Of a stretch of DNA of 42,646 nt, positions 1 to 7,727 are shown piece after piece. A program made the position numbers and the translations under genes. Source of the DNA: a virus; IMG/VR virus record IMGVR_UViG_3300048916_000077, positions 1 through 42,646 of that record. One strand, given 5' to 3'. The notes below the pieces were generated by a model. The model saw nothing but the letters and a program-made list of their open reading frames with translations, was not told the origin of the DNA and made no database searches. Position 1 is the first letter of the stretch; the number at the start of each line of letters is the position of its first letter.

Positions 1-127
1 TAGGGTCACACCGATCTGATTTTCAACAACCCAGACTCCGCTAACCGCCTTTAAGACCAGAACCTGATTTGCCGCGTTCCATGTGCATGTGGTGCTGGCC
101 GTTCCACCGATCACATTGGTCAGCGCC
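1..127. repeat. Terminal direct repeat, copy 1 of 2 (127 bp, identical to 42520..42646)
   Basis: Direct comparison shows that bases 1-127 (tagggtcacaccgatctg...attggtcagcgcc) recur exactly as the last 127 bases of the window. An open reading frame reads through the junction, so this is a linearisation or assembly overlap of a circular or circularly permuted molecule. Confidence 0.95.
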
Positions 128-1872
128 ATCGTCACAGTGTTCGTTCCGGTGGTTGACAGCATCTGGATAGCCTTGGTCGTTCCCTGCTGAAGGATCGTCG
201 GGGCGGCTAGAGTGATCGCATAAGTGCCGCTTGAGGGACCCACCAAGGTTGTTAGATCGGCGTCAAGGAACACAGCGCCAGCGGCGGTTAACGCCTGCGT
301 CGGTCGGCCAGCTTCAGCCAAATTTAGCCTTGCTGAACTAGTGATATAGGCGTGAATCGCCTCATAGGCCGGCGAGGCGGGATGATTTATGCCGTTGCCA
401 CCATTCGGGAAGTTCGGCCCATAGCCAAACATTTCGTAGTCGGTCAACGCTGGGATCGTCAGAGCAGGGGTGCTCGGCGAGTAGGTGACGACGATATTGG
501 CCGGGCCGGAACCCGCAGAATATGAGATGGTCGGGGTAAAGGCAGAGCCCCCACGCTGCATAAGCCCTCGAAAGGCTATATTACCATCACAATTCACGGT
601 GATCGCTGAATTGCGTATGGAAATCTCAATGGTGCAGATGCCGTTCGGGATCGCCAATAATGTATTTAGGGCGCTGAGCCAAGTTAAGCCGCCGCCAGAA
701 AAACCGATTAATTGATAGTTTGATCCCGTCTGAGATACTCTCAGTATATTTCCCGCGAGCGCGGACAAAGTAATATCCAGATGCTGGCTGCTGCCGAATG
801 CCTGACCCCCAGTATTGTCGATAGTGAAAATTAGATCGTAGTCCTGTTGCGTGCTCGACAGCGTTACAGGAAGCGCCATCGTCTGACTGGTAATTGAGGC
901 AGTGATGATTTGTGTGGTAGGATCGAACCCGTCACGCAACATGCATCCGATGCGATGATAATCCAGATATCCATAACCTCCGCTGGATGATCCAGGTGCG
1001 CTAAAGGCGGCGAATGAACGCGTACATCCCGCCGCAAAGTCGCGAGCCTCAAGAGCAGTTACTTCGCCTGATCCGCTGTCTGCCTGCGTTCCGCGCGGGA
1101 GATTGGTGCAAAATAGGATGTCTGGGACCTTTGTGAGCCCCAACACGAACGTGACAAGATTGTTGATGGCAGAGATCGTATTCGCGCTGCTATTATTGGC
1201 GCCAAAATCCACGATGATCAGGTCGGGGTTCTGGTTCGAGATAAAACCAGACCACGGCGCCGATGTGGGGGAAAACCAAGACGGAAGGGTGACGCCGGCA
1301 GCTATAAGGGTCGTCCCAGTGGCATTGTACTGCGTGATATCCGTCCCGCCGATCGCCCGATTGACGAAACTTATGGTTCGCCCGTTTCCGGTATTTTGGA
1401 TCTGGAACTGAGCCTCCAGCATGGCCCACAACATTTCAGACGCGGATATGTGATTCGCCGCGTCCGTGCCGGTGCTATCGCTCCAGATGAGAACGACAGG
1501 GTTCAACGCCTTGGCGAAATGCCGAAGGTGGAGGGCGGGGATAATGTTATTTCCGGCAACAATCGCCCGCGCACTGTCGGGCACGACCTTCTTACGGTAG
1601 GTGCTGATGAATGAACCCGGTCCGCGCGCAATCGTATTGCCGAGATTGTAAGCTGTTGGTGCGGTGATATTTAGGTCGCACCAGAATTCCCGCGCACCGT
1701 CAGCGTTGACCATCGGATCGGCGCGGTTGAAGGTCGATTGTAGAGCGGCGCTCTCATCGGTGCCATCGCCCTTGAGCGACACACCAGCCAAGGCCGCATA
1801 ATATTGAATCGGCGGCATCGCGACGTTTGCAACGGCGAAGACAGAGGGAGAGAAAGGCGGGGAACTTGCCAT
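1..1872 (-). CDS. Distal tail fibre / receptor-binding protein with SGNH(GDSL)-like esterase blocks. These are the first 624 codons of a 625-codon gene that crosses the linearisation point; the stop is TGA at 42514..42516.
   Basis: The gene is absent from the ORF track because it runs off the window edge. I translated the minus strand by hand from ATG 1872 and the frame stays open to base 1 (MASSPPFSPSVFAVANVAMPPIQYYAALAGVSLKGDGTDESAALQ...ENQIGVTL). Motifs VVLIWSDSTGTD, NRAIGGTD, IIVDFGANN and GINHPASPAYEAI resemble SGNH blocks I, II, III and V. It lies at the distal end of the tail-gene row. Confidence 0.8.
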   Translation of the reverse strand, partial: MASSPPFSPSVFAVANVAMPPIQYYAALAGVSLKGDGTDESAALQSTFNRADPMVNADGAREFWCDLNITAPTAYNLGNTIARGPGSFISTYRKKVVPDSARAIVAGNNIIPALHLRHFAKALNPVVLIWSDSTGTDAANHISASEMLWAMLEAQFQIQNTGNGRTISFVNRAIGGTDITQYNATGTTLIAAGVTLPSWFSPTSAPWSGFISNQNPDLIIVDFGANNSSANTISAINNLVTFVLGLTKVPDILFCTNLPRGTQADSGSGEVTALEARDFAAGCTRSFAAFSAPGSSSGGYGYLDYHRIGCMLRDGFDPTTQIITASITSQTMALPVTLSSTQQDYDLIFTIDNTGGQAFGSSQHLDITLSALAGNILRVSQTGSNYQLIGFSGGGLTWLSALNTLLAIPNGICTIEISIRNSAITVNCDGNIAFRGLMQRGGSAFTPTISYSAGSGPANIVVTYSPSTPALTIPALTDYEMFGYGPNFPNGGNGINHPASPAYEAIHAYITSSARLNLAEAGRPTQALTAAGAVFLDADLTTLVGPSSGTYAITLAAPTILQQGTTKAIQMLSTTGTNTVTMALTNVIGGTASTTCTWNAANQVLVLKAVSGVWVVENQIGVTL

Positions 1873-1875
1873 TCT

Positions 1876-2358
1876 TCAGTTCCCCTCTTCGACGGCGATC
1901 GTGGTCGCCTGATTAGCTGGGCAAATCGCGTAATACGCGTTGGTAGGAACCTTGGAATCGTACTGCTGTGATCCACCCTGAGACGGAAGCGGGCCGCCGG
2001 ATGAGAGGACATAACCCTGTCCAGAAACAGCAGGGTTTGCTGTTGTGATCGTGCAGGAATTTGCTCCGATGTTCATAAAGCTGAGGGATTTCCGGCCAGA
2101 ATTAGCGGCGATCAGGACTCCGGATGTTGCGGTGACTGATACGACAGAAATCGTGTTGGTCGTTTGGGTACTGGATGGGGAAACGGAATATTTTATATTT
2201 CCGTTTGCATCGCATTGAGTCAGTCCGACCTGACCATTCGATAGGGTCGGTGGCGACGTATTATAGACGCAACCCGGATAATCGCTCGGCGAAGAAGGAG
2301 CAGCCGCGGCGAGCGGGGAAACCGCCAGCGCCGCCAGAACGAGCAGAATGCGGCGCAT
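1876..2358 (-). CDS. Small exported protein (160 aa) with Sec-type signal peptide; function unknown, beta-rich
   Basis: ORF track. The N-terminus MRRILLVLAALAVSPLAAAAPS has a basic n-region, a hydrophobic core and an AxA-like site. An AAGGGA Shine-Dalgarno-like sequence lies about 10 nt upstream of the ATG. The remainder is rich in Ser, Thr, Gly and Asn. Confidence 0.7.
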   Translation of the reverse strand: MRRILLVLAALAVSPLAAAAPSSPSDYPGCVYNTSPPTLSNGQVGLTQCDANGNIKYSVSPSSTQTTNTISVVSVTATSGVLIAANSGRKSLSFMNIGANSCTITTANPAVSGQGYVLSSGGPLPSQGGSQQYDSKVPTNAYYAICPANQATTIAVEEGN

Positions 2359-2377
2359 GGCGATATGTCCCTTTCGA

Positions 2378-3613
2378 TCAGAAGTCCGACGAAGCCGTGA
2401 TCAGGCCGCCGCCGGTCGAGTTGCCCGATTGCAGGATGCCGGCAAGGCCCGCCGTATCGCCCGAAGCCACCGTGGCGGTGATCGACAGCGCATCCGTGTC
2501 GGAGACGCCGTTGGTGGTCGCCGCCGCCGCGCAGGCCGAGAGCGCCGTCTCGGTGCCCGCAACCATCCGCTTCATCGTGCCGAAGGTGCAGGCCACGGTC
2601 GGAGCCGCGCGCATCGTCACCTTCAGCGGGATGTTGCAAACGGCAACGGTGGTGCTCTGCGCCTCGCACATGCCGGGCACGACGGTGTAGCCGCTGACCG
2701 TCTCGGCCCACTGCCAGTAGTAGCGCTGCGCCTCGGCGAGCTCGCGACCGAAGGGCTGGATTTCATAGGTCGAGGCCGTGGTCAGGCTCTGCTCAAGCTG
2801 CACGCCGGTGATCGCCAGACCATCCGTCACGCCCGCGCCGGTGGCAGTCGGGGTGAAGCAGATGGCGACAGCCACCTCCTTCGTGGTGGTCGGGATGAAG
2901 ATCGGCGAGGAGGTGAAGCGCTGCCAGGAGCCCGTCACCGTGCCGGTCATGGTGCCGGTGGTGGCGATGCCGGTCCAGGCCGGGGTGATTGCCGGAGAAG
3001 CGGTCCAGGAGGCGAAGCCCTCATCCGCTGTGGTGCCGGTCAGGACATAGGCGCTGAACGCCCCGCCATTGTCGGTCACCAAGCCGCCCAGATCTTCGGC
3101 GTAGAGGCTGAGAACAACCTGCTGCCCCTGGACTGCCAAGGCGCGCCCGCTCGACACGCCTTGGAGGATGCAGACCGGCTGGGTCAGCGCGCCCGAGGTG
3201 CGATAGAGTTGGACGTTGTTAGGGAGGCCAGTCGGGCCGCCGGTGGTCGCCGCCACGGCGCGGCCGGCGCCGGAGGTCACGTTGACATCGCAGACCCAGC
3301 GATCAGTCGAATAGGCCGCCGTGGTCGTGGCCGAGGTCGTGGCGCAGGTGCGAATGCCGGTGCCGCGCTGCTGCACGGCCATGGCGCCGTTGTCGAGCAG
3401 GTTGCGCGGCGTGCTGAAGGTCGCCGTCGAGTTCGGCGTGATGCCGCTGTTGATCTGGCTGATCAGGTTGTTCAGGTCGTTCTGGTCAGCCGGGAAGCTC
3501 ACCGGGTTCGATCCGCTGACGCCGGTGAAGAAGGGCAGATTGGCCGCCCCCGCAAAGGGTGCGCCGATCAAAGCGCCGAGAGTAATCAGGGTACCCAGAA
3601 AACGCTTTGACAT
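2378..3613 (-). CDS. Tail-fibre-like / carbohydrate-binding-like protein (411 aa) carrying a Sec-type signal peptide
   Basis: ORF track. A GGGAG sequence lies 8 nt upstream of the ATG. The N-terminus is MSKRFLGTLITLGALIGAPFAGAAN. The motif NLLDNGAMAVQQRG resembles the NLLxNGxFxxWQRG motif I recall at the start of jelly-roll domains in many phage fibre proteins. The antisense 420-aa ORF is Arg/Gly-rich junk. Confidence 0.7.
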   Translation of the reverse strand: MSKRFLGTLITLGALIGAPFAGAANLPFFTGVSGSNPVSFPADQNDLNNLISQINSGITPNSTATFSTPRNLLDNGAMAVQQRGTGIRTCATTSATTTAAYSTDRWVCDVNVTSGAGRAVAATTGGPTGLPNNVQLYRTSGALTQPVCILQGVSSGRALAVQGQQVVLSLYAEDLGGLVTDNGGAFSAYVLTGTTADEGFASWTASPAITPAWTGIATTGTMTGTVTGSWQRFTSSPIFIPTTTKEVAVAICFTPTATGAGVTDGLAITGVQLEQSLTTASTYEIQPFGRELAEAQRYYWQWAETVSGYTVVPGMCEAQSTTVAVCNIPLKVTMRAAPTVACTFGTMKRMVAGTETALSACAAAATTNGVSDTDALSITATVASGDTAGLAGILQSGNSTGGGLITASSDF

Positions 3614-3650
3614 GATGCAATCTCCCTCAAAGGTGGCGGCAATATAACAC

Positions 3651-3902
3651 TTATGGCTTAGGTGGAAAGTGGATAATCAAATTGACCAGAGTTCCGGTCA
3701 TGCTGACCAGCAATGTGCTGAAAACCCAGAACAGGATTTTGATCACGGTATCGACTTTGTGGGTCAGATCGCCCTGCCTTTGCGCGCATACGGCGGTGTG
3801 CGTGGCGAGGTCCGCCAGCGCACGCTCCGCGAGTGATTTGATGGCTGCCATCTCACGTCTCTCTTCTGATGTCATTCCGACCATCAAACACTCCCAAGGC
3901 AT
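3651..3902 (-). CDS. Small tail-anchored membrane protein (83 aa, or 77 aa from ATG 3884); function unknown
   Basis: ORF track. It has a charged, helical N-terminal part (MTSEERREMAAIKSLAERALADL) and one C-terminal hydrophobic helix (ILFWVFSTLLVSMTGTLVNLIIHF). A GGGAG sequence lies 7 nt before the internal ATG at 3884. Confidence 0.6.
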   Translation of the reverse strand: MPWECLMVGMTSEERREMAAIKSLAERALADLATHTAVCAQRQGDLTHKVDTVIKILFWVFSTLLVSMTGTLVNLIIHFPPKP

Positions 3903-3939
3903 CTTCGTTCAAAGCGACTTTCCTGTGACCATGACCCGA

Positions 3940-6900
3940 TCACTGCTGCATTTCCGCCGAGACCGTGACGTCGAGCGCCGTGCAGGTGCCCGAGGCGATC
4001 CGGCCAGCCACGTAATCGCCGGGCGCGATAGCCGCGCTCGATACGGTCGCCGGTGTTGCCGTCCCGGCCGCCGTCAGCGTGACCGAGCCGATGTTCGTTG
4101 GGGATGCGCAGGTGGTGCTGGTGCCGCATTCCAGAAGCTGGACAATCGGGTTGCCGGTGCAGGTGAAGACGTTGGCCGACATGACGAGGCCGCTGACCAA
4201 GCCGCCATTGCTGATCTTGGCGAAGGCAAACGGCGTCGTCAGGGCCGAGCCCAGCGTGCCCGAAGAGAAATTGATGTTCTTGCTGACGCCGGTCCCCTGC
4301 GACAGGTAGCAGACGGCCAGCACGCCGGTGGTGTTGGCCGGGCACTGCAGCGTGTAGATCGTCTGGGCGGCCAGCGACACCGGACCGGCAACCGACTGCC
4401 CGGCGACGAACAGCGTCGCGCCCGAGGCCACCGTGAGCGTGATGCCGGCGGCCGGCTCGTACATCTGGATCGTGCAGACGGTCTTGGTCAGCGCCTGGCT
4501 GACGTTCTGGCCCAGCGTGTTCGGGATGGTGACGGTATAGCTCGGCGTATTGAAGCGGAAGAACCGGCCGCAGTCGTTTTCCGAGAAGCTATAGGCCGCC
4601 GCAACGGTGACGATCGGCAACTCGGCGTGGTCGAGCGGCCCGGTCGCAAGGTCTACGCCTTCCGGGATCGAGGTCGGGCCGGAACCGTTGTTCAGAGCCA
4701 CGGCGGCGGCCGAGGACATCAGGTTGATCTGCGCCGGGGTGAATTCCTTGTAGGTGCCGCCGGCCGTCTGCAGCGCGATCAGCGTCAGGTTCGTGCCGAC
4801 ATTGGGCTGGCCCGAGGTGGTGGCGAGCAGGCTGACGCCGGTGGGCGCGAACGTCACGTTCGCCAGGGAGGTGTTCGCCTCCTCGGTGTAGATGAACATC
4901 GAGTTCGATGGCGCATAGCCGGCCGAGCCGCTGTTGCCGAACCAGCCTAGGTTCGTCGTCTGGATTTGCGGCGTCTTGGTGCCGGTGACGATGAAGCGCT
5001 GGAACTGGCCGCCGATGTTGATGTTCTCGTAGTTGCCCCCGGTGGCGCCGTCCATTTCGAGCACGCCAGCGACATTTACATCGTTCTGGCCGCTGCCCAG
5101 GTTCGAGATATGGACCCCGCCCTTGTAGACGCTGCCCGCCGCGTCGGGACCGCGGCAGATGCCGCCCGCGCCCTGGAACGAGCCGATGGTCAGGAAGGAC
5201 GAGCCGCCGTTCGAGTCGTCATAGATCGAGCAGCCGTACTGGTTGGCCGGATCGCCCTTGAACTGGTCCCAATCCGTGGTCGGGTGGTCGAACTGGATGC
5301 CGACCGTGCCGGTCTTGCCCACCGGATCGGTGTAGCGCGGCAGATAGAAGCCGTTGGCGTCCTGATAGAATACCGGAGACTGCGCGGTGAAGGATTTTGT
5401 CGGGGCCTTGTTCAGCGTGATCGTGCCGGCGTTGCAGGCGACGATAAAGGTCCGGTCAGCGATGCCGAGGGAGCCGTTGCCGTGCGAGGACAAGCCGATG
5501 GAGTTAAAATTGTCGGTCCCGCAGGCGTTCACGACCACATCGAAGCCGAGGAAGGTTGCCGTGATCGGCCCGAGGGTGCCAGGGTTCGCGGTGGCGTTGA
5601 AGATCAGGTAATTGCCCTTGTCGCCGACCGCCTTGTTGTCGGCATAGCCGGCGACATAGGTGCCGTCAGGAACCCCGGCACCCGACACGCCATAGCCCGG
5701 CTGGACATTGCCCGCGCTGACCGCGCCGACGCTCATGGTGCACGACCAGCCGTTGGCAGCGGATCCCGCGCAGCCGGTGATGTTCACGGTCGTGCCGGTG
5801 CCGGCCACGGTGCTGTGCGCGCCGGTGAAGGTGGTGGTGTTCGTGGTCGAGCCGAACCAGTTCACCGCCCTGATCCAACGCGGCAGGATGGTGCCGTTGG
5901 TGTTGCCGGTGACAGCATTGACCGGCAGATACCCGGCATCGCAGCGCCAGTTTTCGAGATAGGCGAACGATGCCTCGATGCTGCACAGCCCGGTGGTCGG
6001 GCCGAAGCCCGAGGGCACCATGGCAACCCACTCGAAATTGACGTAGCCGGAATTGGCGTTGGCATGGAGCGGCCCACCGGCGCCGTAGGACAGGCCGCCG
6101 CCGGTCAGGATCGGCTGGGCACCAATCGACTGCTGGAACGTGTCCAGGAAGTTGCTGGCGGCGTTGAAATAGGCGTCGTCCAGGTGGCCGTAAAAGACAT
6201 CCTGGGTGATGCTACTGTTATAGGTCGGGCAGGGCGCGGAGACGGTCAGCGCGGTGCCCGACGCGGCCAGGATGGTGCCCTGGTAGCCCGACTTGAACAC
6301 ACCGGCGACGACGCTGCTACCCAGCGTCTGGTTGGCGACGATGGCCTGCGTGATGCTGATATTCTTGCCCACGTCGGCGCTGCCGAAGTTCTGCCCGGCG
6401 ACGGTAAGGGCGCAGTTTCCCGAGGTGATCGTAGTGGTCGCCAACAGGATCTTCTTCAGGTCGCCGTGCGCTCCCCAATTGCGGATGTCATATTGCTTCT
6501 GCGCCGCGATCAGCCAGCAATTGTTCGGCGTGGTCGAGGGTATCTGCGAGCCGCCGTCGCCAGCCCCGCTATTGAGCGAACAGGCCGATTTCGACAGGGT
6601 GTACAGCACCGTGGGCGCGTCACCGGCGGCATAGTACCCCTCGACCAGCACAGCGATGCCTGACGGAAACCCTGCGATCGGCAGGGATGCCAAGTTGGCA
6701 ACGGTGGTGACGACATAGGAGGCCGAGCCGCCGCTGCGGTACCAGCGATGGCCGACAGCATCGACGATGATGGTCGAGCCGTTATCCGGCGAGGTGGTGT
6801 CGAGCGGGTTATAGATGAACAGGCCGCCGCTGCCATCGGCCGGGAAGGTGCCGCCGGCGACGATGATCGAGGGTGGCGCGGCGGTGTTCGCGCGCAGCGC

Positions 6901-7089
6901 GGCGAAGGTGTTGACGTTGGTGTTGTTGAGGCACGTCTGTATCCAGTTGAAATCGCCATTGACCTGGACCGCGTTCGCGACTTGGCCGTTGACGAAGACG
7001 AACGGATAGGCACCGCAGACCGCCGCTTTGGACGGTCCGGCGCCAAGCGCGATCAGCATCAGGATCAGGAGGCCGATGAGGGATTTCAT
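3940..7089 (-). CDS. Large tailspike / depolymerase-like protein (1049 aa), right-handed beta-helix type, with a signal-peptide-like N-terminus
   Basis: The track ORF is 3940..7350. I trimmed it to ATG 7089, which sits just after the upstream stop (7092-7094). The N-terminus is MKSLIGLLILMLIALGAGPSKAAVCG. The fibre-like segment VNGQVANAVQVNGDFNWIQ is present. QYDIRNWGAHGDLKK resembles the YxVxDYGAxGDG motif of the Pectate_lyase_3 / tailspike family. Gly/Asn/Thr-rich repeats are typical of a beta-helix. Confidence 0.8.
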   Translation of the reverse strand: MKSLIGLLILMLIALGAGPSKAAVCGAYPFVFVNGQVANAVQVNGDFNWIQTCLNNTNVNTFAALRANTAAPPSIIVAGGTFPADGSGGLFIYNPLDTTSPDNGSTIIVDAVGHRWYRSGGSASYVVTTVANLASLPIAGFPSGIAVLVEGYYAAGDAPTVLYTLSKSACSLNSGAGDGGSQIPSTTPNNCWLIAAQKQYDIRNWGAHGDLKKILLATTTITSGNCALTVAGQNFGSADVGKNISITQAIVANQTLGSSVVAGVFKSGYQGTILAASGTALTVSAPCPTYNSSITQDVFYGHLDDAYFNAASNFLDTFQQSIGAQPILTGGGLSYGAGGPLHANANSGYVNFEWVAMVPSGFGPTTGLCSIEASFAYLENWRCDAGYLPVNAVTGNTNGTILPRWIRAVNWFGSTTNTTTFTGAHSTVAGTGTTVNITGCAGSAANGWSCTMSVGAVSAGNVQPGYGVSGAGVPDGTYVAGYADNKAVGDKGNYLIFNATANPGTLGPITATFLGFDVVVNACGTDNFNSIGLSSHGNGSLGIADRTFIVACNAGTITLNKAPTKSFTAQSPVFYQDANGFYLPRYTDPVGKTGTVGIQFDHPTTDWDQFKGDPANQYGCSIYDDSNGGSSFLTIGSFQGAGGICRGPDAAGSVYKGGVHISNLGSGQNDVNVAGVLEMDGATGGNYENINIGGQFQRFIVTGTKTPQIQTTNLGWFGNSGSAGYAPSNSMFIYTEEANTSLANVTFAPTGVSLLATTSGQPNVGTNLTLIALQTAGGTYKEFTPAQINLMSSAAAVALNNGSGPTSIPEGVDLATGPLDHAELPIVTVAAAYSFSENDCGRFFRFNTPSYTVTIPNTLGQNVSQALTKTVCTIQMYEPAAGITLTVASGATLFVAGQSVAGPVSLAAQTIYTLQCPANTTGVLAVCYLSQGTGVSKNINFSSGTLGSALTTPFAFAKISNGGLVSGLVMSANVFTCTGNPIVQLLECGTSTTCASPTNIGSVTLTAAGTATPATVSSAAIAPGDYVAGRIASGTCTALDVTVSAEMQQ

Positions 7090-7091
7090 GA

Positions 7092-7727
7092 TCAGTTCCC
7101 GATCGCGATGTAGTTGAAGTCGCACGTCTGGTTGAAGTTCACCGTGCCCAGCGTGTCGAGCACCGCCGTGAAGCCGGCCGCGTTGACGGTGATCGCCCCG
7201 CCTGAGGGCTGGAAGCCGCCCGCGCCTGAGTTGGCGTTTCCGCGCGGACTGACCAGCACGACGAAGGTATTGGAGGGAAACGGCGTCGGGTAGGAGACCG
7301 CCAGGGTGGATCGGCCGGTGCCCGTGTTGGGACAGGTGCCCGAGCCCCACTTGATGATCAGCGGGCCGATCGGCTGCTCACCCTGGAAATTGACCACGCG
7401 GCTGGTGGTGAAGAAGGTGAGCGGCGCGCCGCCGAGGTTCGACAAGGACGCGACCGGATCGGCCACCGAGGCGAGGTTGTCGGCCTTCAGCAGCACCGGG
7501 CCGGTCGCGCCGAGTTGGGTGTTGACGTAGGACAGCGATGCACCGCCGAGGTTCGCCAGTGCCGCGGTCGCATTGGTCGCGCCGGTGCCGCCATCGACGA
7601 TCGCAACCGGCACACCGGGGATGTCGAGCCCGTTCAGATACGAGACGATATCGGCGAAGTTCTGGTTGACCTGGGCCGCGGCGGCGTACTGGCCGGGGAT
7701 GAAGGTATAGGTGACGCTCGCGGCCAT
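7092..7727 (-). CDS. Tail fibre protein (211 aa), gp53-like C-terminal domain type
   Basis: I trimmed the track ORF to ATG 7727, which forms an ATGA overlap with the upstream stop. It has the fibre motifs AAAQVNQNFADIVSYLNG and VDGGTGATNATAALANLGG. The C-terminal IIKWGSG...YPTPFPSNTFVVLVS...GFTAV pattern matches my recollection of the gp53-like fibre C-terminal domain. Confidence 0.8.
   Translation of the reverse strand: MAASVTYTFIPGQYAAAAQVNQNFADIVSYLNGLDIPGVPVAIVDGGTGATNATAALANLGGASLSYVNTQLGATGPVLLKADNLASVADPVASLSNLGGAPLTFFTTSRVVNFQGEQPIGPLIIKWGSGTCPNTGTGRSTLAVSYPTPFPSNTFVVLVSPRGNANSGAGGFQPSGGAITVNAAGFTAVLDTLGTVNFNQTCDFNYIAIGN

Noticed and set aside
2348-3610. 420-aa plus-strand ORF. The same applies to other long plus-strand ORFs across the late region, for example 3682..4950, 4966..6663, 8147..8851, 12504..13325, 14266..15447, 36148..37053 and 41317..42111.
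   Set aside because: Each is antisense to a minus-strand gene that has recognisable motifs. Their translations are Arg/Gly/Ala/Asp-rich with no motifs, the usual shadow-ORF artefact of high-G+C DNA. They break the tight operon packing that the minus-strand genes satisfy.
7090-7350. The N-terminal 87 codons of track ORF 3940..7350. The same applies to similar 5' extensions of 7092..7877, 19031..19420, 18858..19106, 25397..26347, 27815..28228, 28846..29478 and 34864..35499.
   Set aside because: The extensions overlap the upstream gene in another frame and translate to Arg/Gly-rich sequence. Internal ATG/GTG starts that sit exactly at ATGA/GTGA stop-start overlaps, or behind SD sequences, give compact operon geometry.
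7092-7727. A diversity-generating retroelement (as in BPP-1-type podophages) targeting the fibre genes.
   Set aside because: No reverse transcriptase motif (YxDD context) was seen in any ORF. I could not see a template/variable repeat pair by eye. A computational self-alignment would still be needed to exclude it.
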